Below the pieces are notes generated by a model, which saw only the letters and a list, made by a program, of their open reading frames with translations, was not told the DNA's origin and did not search any database. This document shows positions 20,234-29,373 of a stretch of DNA of 64,000 bases, piece after piece; position 1 is the first letter of the stretch; each line of letters begins with the position of its first letter. The position numbers were made by a program, and so were the translations under genes. This DNA is from Nostoc sp. (GTDB taxonomy: Bacteria > Cyanobacteriota > Cyanobacteriia > Cyanobacteriales > Nostocaceae): assembly GCF_036917635.1 (NCBI RefSeq), contig NZ_JBALCW010000082.1:16486-80485 (forward strand), in the 5' to 3' direction.

Positions 20234-21046
20234 ATGTATAACAGATGTAACAGATGGCAAGTAATTACTCGGTTACATCTGGTATTATCCGCCACTATTT
20301 TTTTGATATCTTGCTTTTCCATAGTGGGGACAGGATTAACTGGATCTGCTGCCGAAATCCCAGAAATTCAGCAGCGAGGCTATCTAACTGTTGCCGTTAA
20401 AGATAACTTGCGTCCGTTGGGATTTAGAGATGCTAACGGCAATTTGCAAGGCTTAGAAATTGACTTAGCACAGCGATTGGCACTTGACTTAGTTGGTACT
20501 AAGGCTGTCAAATTGAAACCCGTAGCGAATAGCGATCGCTTATCTGTAGTCTTAGACAAGAAAGTTGATTTTGCGATCGCTAGGGTAACAGCAACTGAAT
20601 CTCGCAGCCGCATAGTTAATTTCAGTGTTCCCTACTATTTGGATAGCACTGTATTAGTTACAAAAGATCCCTCTGTGCAGAAATTGAGTGATTTTGCAAA
20701 ACAAAAAATTGCCGTACTCAACAACTCCAGCACCATCGCTAAAGTGCGGTATTATGTGTCAAACGCCGAGTTGATAGGAGTAAATTCATATCAAGAAGCG
20801 CGAGATAAAATAGAAAATAATGCAGCCTTTGCCTTTGCCGCAGATGCTAGCGTTCTGAGTGGTTGGGTGCAACAATATCCCCAATATCGGCTACTGCCAA
20901 TTAAGCTATCAACTGAACCCTTGTCTGTAGTTATGCCCAAGGGATTGCAGTACGATAAGTTAAGACGAAATGTGAATCAAGCGATCGCTCGTTACTTAGA
21001 AGAAGGTTGGCTCCAGCAACGTGTTCAATATTGGGGCTTACCGTAA
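20234..21046 (+). CDS. ABC transporter substrate-binding protein (family 3, amino-acid type)
   Basis: 270 aa. Signal/TM segment, then the SBP_bac_3-like pattern (GYLTVAVKDNLRPLGF...IDLA...). Confidence 0.75.
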   Translation: MYNRCNRWQVITRLHLVLSATIFLISCFSIVGTGLTGSAAEIPEIQQRGYLTVAVKDNLRPLGFRDANGNLQGLEIDLAQRLALDLVGTKAVKLKPVANSDRLSVVLDKKVDFAIARVTATESRSRIVNFSVPYYLDSTVLVTKDPSVQKLSDFAKQKIAVLNNSSTIAKVRYYVSNAELIGVNSYQEARDKIENNAAFAFAADASVLSGWVQQYPQYRLLPIKLSTEPLSVVMPKGLQYDKLRRNVNQAIARYLEEGWLQQRVQYWGLP

Positions 21047-21123
21047 GGAAGTTAGGAGTTAGGAGTTAGGAGTTTGGAGTTTGGAGTTTGGAGTTAGGAG
21101 TTTGGAGTTAGAAGTGAAGAATT
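21047..21123. repeat. STRR heptamer tract (AGGAGTT/TGGAGTT, about 11 units)
   Basis: Read directly. This is the longest tract of this unit in the window. Confidence 0.9.
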
Positions 21124-21200
21124 ATCTCCCTCATCTCTCTCATCCCCAATAGGCTGATAATAGATTACAGAAGTAACTTTTAATATTTTTATTTGCAGCA

Positions 21201-21725
21201 ATGGATAACAGTCTAGCCGTTGTTTATCTCTCAGTTTTGGTGGTTATACTCACAATTGCAGCCGTGAGTGTTTTTCGCCAGATTTTAAAAACTCGCAAGA
21301 TTGAAGGCTCCTTTGGAAGATTGCGGAAGAAGTTAGAGAAAGAAAAGGGTACGACTCAAGAATATTATGAGTTAGGCAGTATTTATTCAGACAAAAAAAT
21401 GTATTCCCAAGCGATACTGCTGTTTCAAAAAGCTATCAAAGCTGCCCAAGAAGAGGGAGAAGAAAATATTGCCCCTATTTACAACGGGCTGGGTTATATT
21501 TATTTTATCCAAGAGCAATATGACTTAGCAATTCGTCAGTATAAAGAAGCCCTAAAAGCTAAACCAGACTACGTAACAGGGTTGAATAATCTCGGTCACG
21601 CTTATGAGAAAAAAAAGTTAACTACTCAGGCGTTACAAAGTTACGAAGAAGCACTAAAATTGGCTCCAAATAACCCTATTGCTAAACGTCGTGCTGAATC
21701 TTTACGTCGTTTAGTTTCTGCGTAA
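21201..21725 (+). CDS. TPR repeat protein with an N-terminal TM anchor
   Basis: 174 aa with repeated TPR signatures (...YYELGSIYSDKKMYSQAILLFQKAIK..., ...LGYIYFIQEQYDLAIRQYKEALK...). Confidence 0.8.
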   Translation: MDNSLAVVYLSVLVVILTIAAVSVFRQILKTRKIEGSFGRLRKKLEKEKGTTQEYYELGSIYSDKKMYSQAILLFQKAIKAAQEEGEENIAPIYNGLGYIYFIQEQYDLAIRQYKEALKAKPDYVTGLNNLGHAYEKKKLTTQALQSYEEALKLAPNNPIAKRRAESLRRLVSA

Positions 21726-21868
21726 TTGCTCAAGCGTCAAATAATTTTGGATTTTGGATTTTAGATTTGATGTTGATCCAGTTAACCTCTCTTGATAAAT
21801 TATGAGCTACATCAATTAAACCGCGTCTATCTTGAAACCTGTAGTTCTTTGGTGATGAAAAGGATTTG

Positions 21869-21966
21869 CCCTCATCCCCCAACCCCTTCTCCCAGATTTG
21901 GGAGAAGGGGAGCCAGAACTTCAAAGTCCCTCTCCCATACATGGGAGAGGGATTTAGGTTGAGGGC
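21869..21966. repeat. double-hairpin dispersed repeat (CCCCTTCTCCCA..TGGGAGAAGGGG and CCCTCTCCCA..TGGGAGAGGG)
   Basis: Shares its core with the MITEs at 38961-39121 and 63357-63507 but lacks their GGAGCATCCC termini. Confidence 0.7.
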
Positions 21967-22135
21967 AAAAACTACGGTTCTCAACTTAGATGAGGTTTAA
22001 ATCAAGGAATATATTGGGTTTCATAATTGGGGACACTGTTAGCAAATTAATTTGGCTTTAGCTTTTATATTTTATCGGGTTTCAATCTTAGGCTTGGAAA
22101 TAGATAAATATAAGTCTTTTGTAAAAATATCAAAG

Positions 22136-24115
22136 ATGATTAAGCGGCTACATTTTTTTTGGATAGCTATTACTATCACTGTCGTCATTTCTATCTCACT
22201 AGGACTAATGGGAATATTGACGGCTCAACAGCCTTCGATTTCCCATCCTCTCACTTCGCTAACAGAGGTAGAAATTAGCACAGCTGTTTCGGTCATAAAA
22301 AGAGAAAAAACTTTGAGCCAAATGGCAGTTTTTCCACTTATTGCTTTACAAGAACCAGATAAAGAAGAAGTTCTGAGTTTTACACCGGGTAAAGTCTTCC
22401 AGCGAAAAGCTTTTTTGGTAATCTATGAGCGATCGCTCAATAAAACCTATGAGGGAATTGTTGATCTAACAAGCAAAACCTTAAGTTCTTGGAAAGAAAT
22501 ATCCTCTGTTCAACCTGCGATCGCCAATCCAGAATATGAACTGGCAACTCAGGTAGTTAAAGCCGATCCCCGATGGCAAAAAGCGATGCAAAGGCGGGGA
22601 ATTACTGATTTTAAGCGAGTCAAAATCAGTTCCTGGTCCCCAGGTATCCTGAGTCAACAGGAAGAAGCGGCAGGTAATCGTCTTTGCCGCAGCTTATCTT
22701 ACTACCAGGGCAAAGGCTGGAATTATTACGGTAGTCCTATTGAAGGAGTGATGGCAACGGTAAATTTGAACACAGGTAAAATTGTTAGTTTCGTTGACAA
22801 GGGAAACGTACCTTTCTCTAAAGACAACTGGAACTACGATGTAAAGTCTTTGGGCAAATTACTTTCAGCGCCTAAAGCATTAAAAATTCTCCAACCAAAT
22901 GGTGCAAGTTTCCGAATTAATAACAATGAAATTAACTGGCAAGGTTGGAAGTTTCGGTATTTAATGCATCCTCGGAATGGATTAATGCTGTACCAAGTGA
23001 CCTACAAGGACGGGGAAAATATTCGACCAGTTTTATATCGCGCTGGCCTATCAGAAATGGTAGTTCCTTATGGCGATCCAGATCCCACTTGGTCGTTTAG
23101 GAATGCATTTGATGTTGGAGAATACAACTTTGGTTTGCTAGCAAATACGATGGAGTTAGGTAAAGAAATTCCTGAAAACGGTTTGTTGCTGGATGCTATA
23201 TTTGCTAATGAGCAGGGAGAACCTTATAAGATACCAGGGGTTGTTGGTATCTATGAACGCGATCGCGGAATGCTGTGGAAACACTATGACTACAATACTG
23301 GGCGTAATGATGTCCGTCGCAGTCGAGAATTAGTGATGACGATGACTGCGGCCGTTGACAACTATGATTACAGCCTTAATTGGATCTTTCACCAGGATGG
23401 GACTTTGGAAGTCCAAAATGAACTAACCGGTATCGTACTGGCGCAGGGAACGGCTGCTCAAAAGCAATCTGAGGATGATTCCTATGGTCGGCTAATCGCT
23501 AAGAATATCTTCGGAGTAAATCACCAGCACTTTTTCAACTACCGCCTAGATTTCGATGTCGATGGGCAAGCTAATTCTGTGATAGAAATGAATGTGAAAG
23601 CTTTGCCGATGGATGAGAAAAATCCTTTAGGAAATGCGATCGCAATTACAGAAACCCCACTCACAAAAGAAACGGCTGCTGTGCGCGATTTGGATATGAA
23701 AAGCAGTCGGGAATGGATGATTGTTAGTGCAGATAAGAAAAATCCGCTAGGGGCTGCACCTGGATATATGCTGATGCCTGGTGGTAACTCCATATTTTTC
23801 CCAGTGGAAGGCTCTAACATCCGTCAAAAGGCAGAATTTGCGACTCACCACGTCTGGGTAACAAAATATAAACCTGCTGAACTCTATGCTGGCGGTGATT
23901 ATCCCAACCAGACTCAACCAGGACAGGGTTTACCAAAATATATTGCAGACGATGAATCCTTGACGGGTGAAGATATCGTGCTGTGGTACACAATGGGCGT
24001 AACTCATATTCCGCGATCGGAAGATTGGCCTGTAATGCCTGTTCACCGAGTTGGCTTTAAGCTAGTCCCTAGAGGATTCTTTAGCCGTAATCCAGCGATT
24101 AATTTACCAGAGTAA
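22136..24115 (+). CDS. copper-containing primary-amine oxidase (TPQ enzyme)
   Basis: TPQ consensus T-x-x-N-Y-D-Y (TAAVDNYDYSLNW) and the histidine ligand region HQHFF. N-terminal TM/signal segment. Start set at MIKRLHFFWIAITI (22136). Confidence 0.9.
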   Translation: MIKRLHFFWIAITITVVISISLGLMGILTAQQPSISHPLTSLTEVEISTAVSVIKREKTLSQMAVFPLIALQEPDKEEVLSFTPGKVFQRKAFLVIYERSLNKTYEGIVDLTSKTLSSWKEISSVQPAIANPEYELATQVVKADPRWQKAMQRRGITDFKRVKISSWSPGILSQQEEAAGNRLCRSLSYYQGKGWNYYGSPIEGVMATVNLNTGKIVSFVDKGNVPFSKDNWNYDVKSLGKLLSAPKALKILQPNGASFRINNNEINWQGWKFRYLMHPRNGLMLYQVTYKDGENIRPVLYRAGLSEMVVPYGDPDPTWSFRNAFDVGEYNFGLLANTMELGKEIPENGLLLDAIFANEQGEPYKIPGVVGIYERDRGMLWKHYDYNTGRNDVRRSRELVMTMTAAVDNYDYSLNWIFHQDGTLEVQNELTGIVLAQGTAAQKQSEDDSYGRLIAKNIFGVNHQHFFNYRLDFDVDGQANSVIEMNVKALPMDEKNPLGNAIAITETPLTKETAAVRDLDMKSSREWMIVSADKKNPLGAAPGYMLMPGGNSIFFPVEGSNIRQKAEFATHHVWVTKYKPAELYAGGDYPNQTQPGQGLPKYIADDESLTGEDIVLWYTMGVTHIPRSEDWPVMPVHRVGFKLVPRGFFSRNPAINLPE

Positions 24116-24338
24116 AATATTCGTTTTCTCAAGTTTCCTTGGTTCAGCTTTTTCGCAATCTGTAAACCTGTAACTTGAATGCTGATAAGCTAAAAAACAT
24201 CTAACTTGCATAACCCTTGTTAAATATAACTCTTGTGGGGTGGGCATCCTGTCCGCCCAGCTTATGCAAGTTTATTTGTGGAACAGCTTAAGCTTATCGT
24301 AGTCCAAAAACTGACAGTTTTCATTCATAGGATACCTC

Positions 24339-24908
24339 ATGAATTTTCCAGAAATTAATATTCCCGGTGAAGGCACACTGCACGCTCGTTTAATTACTTC
24401 CTTGGGTCAAATTATAGTTCTTTTGGAGGAAGACAAAACCCCCAACACCGTCAAAAATTTTGTAGGTCTAGCAACCGGGACAATCGACTGGAAAGACCCT
24501 AAGACAGGTCAATCTCAGAAAGGGACTGCTGCCTACGATGGAGTTCGCTTTCACCGAGTCATCCCTGATTTTATGATTCAGTGTGGCGATCCCCTGGCTC
24601 GTTATCCAGATATGGCCAACCGATGGGGTACTGGTGGGCCAGGATATCAATTTGAAGATGAATTTCATCCTGAATTGAAACACTCTAGTGCGGGTATCCT
24701 CTCAATGGCAAATGCAGGACGCGGTACGAATGGTTCGCAGTGGTTTATTACAGAAGGGCCAACGCCTCATCTTGACCGCAAACACAGTGTTTTTGGTAAA
24801 GTTGTCGAAGGTATGGATATAGTCAACCGCATCGCCAATGTGCCTGCGACTAGAGATCGTCCGAATCAAGACGTAGTGTTAGAAAAAGTAGAAATTTTTC
24901 GCCAGTAA
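24339..24908 (+). CDS. peptidyl-prolyl cis-trans isomerase, cyclophilin type
   Basis: FHRVIPDFMIQCGDP and SMANAGRGTNGSQWFIT motifs. Confidence 0.9.
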   Translation: MNFPEINIPGEGTLHARLITSLGQIIVLLEEDKTPNTVKNFVGLATGTIDWKDPKTGQSQKGTAAYDGVRFHRVIPDFMIQCGDPLARYPDMANRWGTGGPGYQFEDEFHPELKHSSAGILSMANAGRGTNGSQWFITEGPTPHLDRKHSVFGKVVEGMDIVNRIANVPATRDRPNQDVVLEKVEIFRQ

Positions 24909-24946
24909 CTAACATCTCTCTAGTATACAAGGCGGAAGTCAAAAGT

Positions 24947-24982
24947 CGTTTGTAGTGAGGACTAAAGTCCTCACTACAAACG
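24947..24982. repeat. 17-bp perfect palindrome (CGTTTGTAGTGAGGACT aa AGTCCTCACTACAAACG)
   Basis: Read directly, 39 nt after the cyclophilin stop. No U-tract follows, so it is more likely a dispersed palindromic repeat than a classical terminator. Confidence 0.6.
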
Positions 24983-25618
24983 AATCTCAAGATTTTTTAC
25001 ATTACAAGTTAGCCGACAAGCGTAAAGCTCAGTCCCTTTATGGCTGAGATACAAGCGATCGCGCAAGTTTTAACCCCATTCAGAATTAATTTTTGGTTGT
25101 TCATTTCAGGGTATGGTATATAGTATTCCGCCACAGGTAGAATAACCGCTAGCACAAATGGATAATCAACCCCAAAACGATTGGCTAGGAAAAAATAATG
25201 GCAAGTGGGTAGTGAATGAACCACTTTAAACATAACTAGGATACCAACGCGTATCTAAATCCAGCAAACTAACTATTTTTCAAAAAACATTAAACGTACC
25301 GTGGGGCACACGGGAACAAGAGAATTCGTTCTCTAACGCTTAGGGAGATGAAGCCCGCTGGGATTATCTAAATTGAACTCGATGCTTGGTTCTATTGAAC
25401 AGGTTTCAGGTTTAAGTACTGCCGCAAGGATAGGTGATTTTAAGGCACGTCGATGAACTAAGAATCTCAGGTCTGAAGACCTGAGAGTGTCAAAAGTCTT
25501 CACTTCTTCAGAGCTACAAGTTTTGAGACAATCAGAAACGATTTAATAATAATCAAGCACTTATAGTCCACTCTTATCGGACTCCGTGTTATTTCTATTG
25601 AAAAGGGAGAACACAAAC

Positions 25619-27145
25619 ATGAAATTAGCTTACTGGATGTATGCAGGACCTGCCCACATCGGCACTCTGCGAATCGCTAGCTCTTTTAAAAATGTGCATG
25701 CGATCATGCACGCCCCCATTGGCGATGACTACTTTAACGTTATGCGCTCCATGTTATCGCGCGAGAGGAATTTCACTCCGGTAACAACCAGTGTCGTCGA
25801 TCGCAACGTTTTGGCACGCGGTTCTCAAGAAAAGGTGGTAGATAACATCGTCCGCAAGGATGCCGAGGAACACCCAGATTTGATTGTGTTAACTCCCACC
25901 TGCACTTCCAGCATTTTGCAAGAGGATTTGCACAACTTTGTCGAACGGGCGCAGTTGGAAGCGAAAGGAGACGTAATGCTGGCGGATGTGAACCACTACC
26001 GCTACAACGAACTGCAAGCCGCCGATCGCACTTTGGATCAAATCGTCCAATACTACATTGAAAAAGCCCGGAAGCGGGGCGAATTGGCACAGGGCAAAAC
26101 AGCAAAGCCCTCAGTTAACATTATCGGTACTACTACCCTTGGTTTCCACAATAATCACGACTGCACCGAACTCAAACGGCTGATGGCTGACTTGGGAATT
26201 GAGGTAAATACCTTAATTCCCGAAGGTGCTTCGGTGAATGACTTGAAGAAGATGTCCCAAGCTTGGTTTAACCTCATACCTTACCGTGAACTCGGTTTAA
26301 CCACCGCTCGTTACCTGGAAGAACAATTTGGCACACCCTATATAGACATTACTCCGATGGGTGTAGTGGAAACTGCCCGTTGTATTCGCAAGATTCAGCA
26401 GGTAATTAACGCTCAAGGTGCAGAAGTTGACTACGAAAACTTCATCAATGAGCAAACCTTGCATGTTTCTCAGGCTGCTTGGTTCTCCCGTTCCATTGAC
26501 TGTCAAAACTTGACTGGCAAAAAAGCTGTAGTATTTGGTGACAATACCCACGCCGCAGCCATTACCAAGATTCTGGCGCGAGAAATGGGGATTCATGTTG
26601 TTTGGGCTGGAACCTACTGCAAATATGATGCAGACTGGTTCCGCGAACAGGTTAGCGAGTATTGCGATGAAGTGCTAATTTCCGAAGATCATGGTGAAAT
26701 TGGGGATGCGATCGCTCGTGTCGAACCCTCTGCCATTTTCGGCACCCAAATGGAACGCCACGTTGGTAAACGTTTGGATATTCCCTGCGGCGTAATTGCT
26801 GCACCAATCCACGTTCAAAACTTCCCCATTGGTTACAAACCATTTATGGGTTACGAAGGGACAAATCAGATTACAGATTTGATCTACAATTCCTTCACTT
26901 TGGGAATGGAAGATCACCTATTAGAAATCTTCGGTGGTCATGATACTAAAGAAGTTATTACTAGGGGAATTTCTGCTGATTCTGATTTGAATTGGACAAA
27001 AGATGGTCAAGCAGAATTGAATAAGATTCCGGGATTTGTTCGCGGGAAAGTGAAGCGTAATACTGAAAAATTTGCCCGCGATCGCGGTTTCAAGGAAATC
27101 AACGCTGAGGTACTATACGCCGCGAAGGAATCTGTCGGGGCGTAG
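25619..27145 (+). CDS. chlB: light-independent protochlorophyllide reductase subunit B
   Basis: [39 protein letters not shown]... (508 aa). Start set at the ATG at 25619 behind AAAGGGAGA. Confidence 0.95.
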   Translation: MKLAYWMYAGPAHIGTLRIASSFKNVHAIMHAPIGDDYFNVMRSMLSRERNFTPVTTSVVDRNVLARGSQEKVVDNIVRKDAEEHPDLIVLTPTCTSSILQEDLHNFVERAQLEAKGDVMLADVNHYRYNELQAADRTLDQIVQYYIEKARKRGELAQGKTAKPSVNIIGTTTLGFHNNHDCTELKRLMADLGIEVNTLIPEGASVNDLKKMSQAWFNLIPYRELGLTTARYLEEQFGTPYIDITPMGVVETARCIRKIQQVINAQGAEVDYENFINEQTLHVSQAAWFSRSIDCQNLTGKKAVVFGDNTHAAAITKILAREMGIHVVWAGTYCKYDADWFREQVSEYCDEVLISEDHGEIGDAIARVEPSAIFGTQMERHVGKRLDIPCGVIAAPIHVQNFPIGYKPFMGYEGTNQITDLIYNSFTLGMEDHLLEIFGGHDTKEVITRGISADSDLNWTKDGQAELNKIPGFVRGKVKRNTEKFARDRGFKEINAEVLYAAKESVGA

Positions 27146-27172
27146 CTTAACGGGTTAGCGATTTTTAATAAT

Positions 27173-27200
27173 AAAGGGCATATCTTAAGGAATGCCTTTT
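27173..27200. terminator. hairpin between chlB and the convergent vapC
   Basis: AAAGGGCAT..ATGCCTTTT, flanked by A- and T-runs. It could serve both strands. Confidence 0.5.
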
Positions 27201-27208
27201 ATTATTAC

Positions 27209-27634
27209 TTATTCTGACTTCAGCAGACGAATAAAGCCAGCTTGTTCAAAGTGGTGATCTGTGGTTAATGACTCTTTAATACCAAGCTGTTGCATGACTA
27301 TAAAAGAAGTGCTATCCACCAAAGACCAAGCTTTATCTTCTCTAGTTTTGAGTAGCTCCCAAGCTGCTGAATCTATTGCTGGTTCAATATAAATCAAGTT
27401 GATATAAGGAGCGGTTCTGACAGCTTCTACATATTTAAATAACTGCGAACGAGGTACACGTAAAGGGCTATTCAGTAAAGCCACCAGTTCAATCACAACA
27501 TAATTAGTTGTTACCATTGCTTGATTTTGCTGACGTTTATGTTGAAACCACTGCTTTGCTTGTTTATGGTAAGACTCAGTTGCAATAAATAAATTAGCCC
27601 ACCCGGATGTATCTATAAAGACTTTATTCGCCAA
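27209..27634 (-). CDS. vapC: PIN-domain toxin (VapC family)
   Basis: 141 aa with conserved acidic positions (FIDTSGW, LVDSTSF, TTDHHF). Overlaps the upstream small ORF by 11 nt. Confidence 0.8.
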   Translation of the reverse strand: MANKVFIDTSGWANLFIATESYHKQAKQWFQHKRQQNQAMVTTNYVVIELVALLNSPLRVPRSQLFKYVEAVRTAPYINLIYIEPAIDSAAWELLKTREDKAWSLVDSTSFIVMQQLGIKESLTTDHHFEQAGFIRLLKSE

Positions 27635-27881
27635 TTTTTAACTCCTGCTGCAAACTTTGCTGGAGATATTTATCGTGGTTTTCTCCTACATCAGAATTAT
27701 CAAATTTCAATGTACCTAGTAAAGGTAAAATTGGATCGAATTCGGAGATATTTTCCTGTTTAGCTGATTGAGATAAGGATTGTAGAATTAAATCTTCTAA
27801 AGATAGATTCAGTTTTTGCGCCTGAGCAGTTAATTTACTTTCTAAGTCATCTGACAACTGTATTGTTAATATTTTAGCCAT
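27624..27881 (-). CDS. putative antitoxin of the PIN toxin
   Basis: 85-aa acidic ORF, translationally coupled to vapC. Confidence 0.6.
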   Translation of the reverse strand: MAKILTIQLSDDLESKLTAQAQKLNLSLEDLILQSLSQSAKQENISEFDPILPLLGTLKFDNSDVGENHDKYLQQSLQQELKIGE

Positions 27882-28044
27882 TTGATTTACCAGTTACGGA
27901 TGTTTCTAATCCTATTATATGCCCGCATAGCAAGTAGAAAAGAGTAGTTGTTTAGCATGGAAACGATCGCAACTATTTGTAAAATGTGAATTAGAAGTTT
28001 TACGTGCAGTAATAATTTCAGTTAAAAGAATATAAATCTATTGA

Positions 28045-28197
28045 AGCACCAAGAAATTTGCCTGCGATCGCGGTTTCAAAGAAATCAACGCTGAGGTTTT
28101 GTACGCCGCGAAGGAAGCTGTCGGGGCGTAGATTGTGGAGTTAGCGATTATTTAAATTAAAGGGTGTCCTGTATGGATACCCTTTTTGCTTACTTAT
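28045..28197 (+). repeat. displaced copy B of the chlB 3' end (last ~28 codons, stop at 28129-28131) with its own terminator hairpin
   Basis: Hand alignment to 27059-27203: about 6 mismatches in 78 coding nt. Reads ..[27 protein letters not shown]. An in-frame TGA lies just upstream at 28042-28044. Hairpin AAAGGGTGTCC..GGATACCCTTT plus a T-run at 28169-28197. Confidence 0.85.
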
Positions 28198-28330
28198 CCT
28201 TGATTTACTCATGATGTACAAAAAACTGTAGTACATACAGTTTTTTTTTCATGAATTTCATATTTTTACAAAGATTTTATGTTTTTGACTGCTAAATTAT
28301 TACAGAAGAATTAATGTAAATTATATATAA

Positions 28331-28720
28331 ATGAAGATTGAAGAATTTAACTATGAAAAATCAGCTTTAATTGCCGAACTCCTCCAACTTAGCATTAAAC
28401 ACAGTCCTGAGAAAATTGTGCGGATTGCCAAGCAAACTGATGGTAAAATTCTATTTTTAGAAGAGGGAAATGCTGAAGCAGGACTCCAACACATATTGCA
28501 AGAACATTCTTTAGAGTTTGCTGATCAGGGAATCGAGCCAAGCCAGATACCAGATGCAATTATCACCGCAGTAACCCAAGGTAAAATAATTGGTTATCAA
28601 GGAAGAAAAAAAACTCGCACTATTTATGAAGTTAATTTTAATGGCAAAATCCAATACATCTGTGTGACTGTAAGCGATAATGGATATATAGTTGGTGCTA
28701 ATCCCAGAACTTCCTCATAA
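28331..28720 (+). CDS. hypothetical protein, possible small nuclease-type toxin
   Basis: 129 aa. Helical N-terminus, then GLQHILQEH, then beta-rich RTIYEVNFNGKIQYICVTVSDNGYIVGANP. First gene of a tight 3-gene operon. The functional guess is inference only. Confidence 0.5.
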   Translation: MKIEEFNYEKSALIAELLQLSIKHSPEKIVRIAKQTDGKILFLEEGNAEAGLQHILQEHSLEFADQGIEPSQIPDAIITAVTQGKIIGYQGRKKTRTIYEVNFNGKIQYICVTVSDNGYIVGANPRTSS

Positions 28721-28735
28721 TTCGGTGAAGTAACT

Positions 28736-29092
28736 ATGGCAGAAAAAATCAAACTTATGGCTGATTATGGATGCTACCCGCTATGGTGGGCTAGTTCCGA
28801 TAAAGCTGGAGATATTGATCCTCTTATAATGCCATTAAGTCAAGAAACTATTAGCCGTTTAGAAAAATGGGCAGAAGTTTATGATGCAAAGTTAAACTGG
28901 AAAGATCCTAATTCTTCAGGTTTTCACAGTTTAGAGGCTAAAACGGCTTTTGAAGCAGAAGGAATTAGCTTGTGGAAGCGACTGCAAAAAGAACTTGCAC
29001 CCAACTATGAAGTTTTATATTTCAGTGAAATATTACGTAAAGTTGTAACTGATACTAATGAATTAGACTCTTTGCGTACTATCTATGCTTAA
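28736..29092 (+). CDS. hypothetical protein, possible cognate immunity/antitoxin
   Basis: 118-aa Trp-rich acidic ORF that starts 15 nt after the previous stop. Confidence 0.5.
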   Translation: MAEKIKLMADYGCYPLWWASSDKAGDIDPLIMPLSQETISRLEKWAEVYDAKLNWKDPNSSGFHSLEAKTAFEAEGISLWKRLQKELAPNYEVLYFSEILRKVVTDTNELDSLRTIYA

Positions 29093-29118
29093 CTGATAGT
29101 CCACGAAAAAATTAAGCA

Positions 29119-29370
29119 ATGACAACAGCTAGTTTATTTCAGTGGGTAGAACTGAAGCAAGATGTTCCTAATAGCCCTGTAACAGCTGGCAATAGGGGGG
29201 TTGTATTAGATCATCTACGTCCTACTAAAACTCAGCAAGAGCCAGGATATATTTTAGAAGTCTTTAAAGACGGTGAAACTCTAGATGTAGTTAGTGTGCC
29301 TATTTCCTGGGTCAACCTTCTACCTGAAACCTGGGGAAGTATTGAACATGATACAAGACAGACAGTTTAA
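29119..29370 (+). CDS. DUF4926-like small protein
   Basis: 83 aa. The pattern ...VELKQDVP...G.RGVVLDH.....EPGYILEVF.DGETLDVVSV recalls DUF4926. Its stop lies 3 nt before chlB-tail copy C. Confidence 0.55.
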   Translation: MTTASLFQWVELKQDVPNSPVTAGNRGVVLDHLRPTKTQQEPGYILEVFKDGETLDVVSVPISWVNLLPETWGSIEHDTRQTV

Positions 29371-29373
29371 AAC

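Noticed and set aside
21047-21123. Whether the regularly spaced tandem tracts here and at about 17 other loci are CRISPR arrays.
   Set aside because: The units are 7 bp with no unique spacers. This is the STRR pattern of heterocystous cyanobacteria. No cas genes are present.
21730-21984. Track ORFs that run through dispersed repeats: 21730-21984, 38998-39189, 48435-48641, 5585-5866 and 38618-38812.
   Set aside because: Their sequence consists of hairpin or STRR repeats with low-complexity translations (Pro/Gly/Ser runs). They have no start context.
25009-25233. The 74-aa minus-strand ORF upstream of chlB.
   Set aside because: It has no recognisable family, odd composition and no RBS. It is left uncalled.
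25773-26105. Antisense or out-of-frame shadow ORFs inside strong genes, for example 4689-5006, 6189-6398, 13173-13385, 13662-13931, 23539-23820, 25773-26105, 26297-26596, 31310-31618, 32290-32580, 57033-57251 and 62642-62836.
   Set aside because: Each lies wholly inside a longer ORF that has clear family motifs. Their compositions are atypical.
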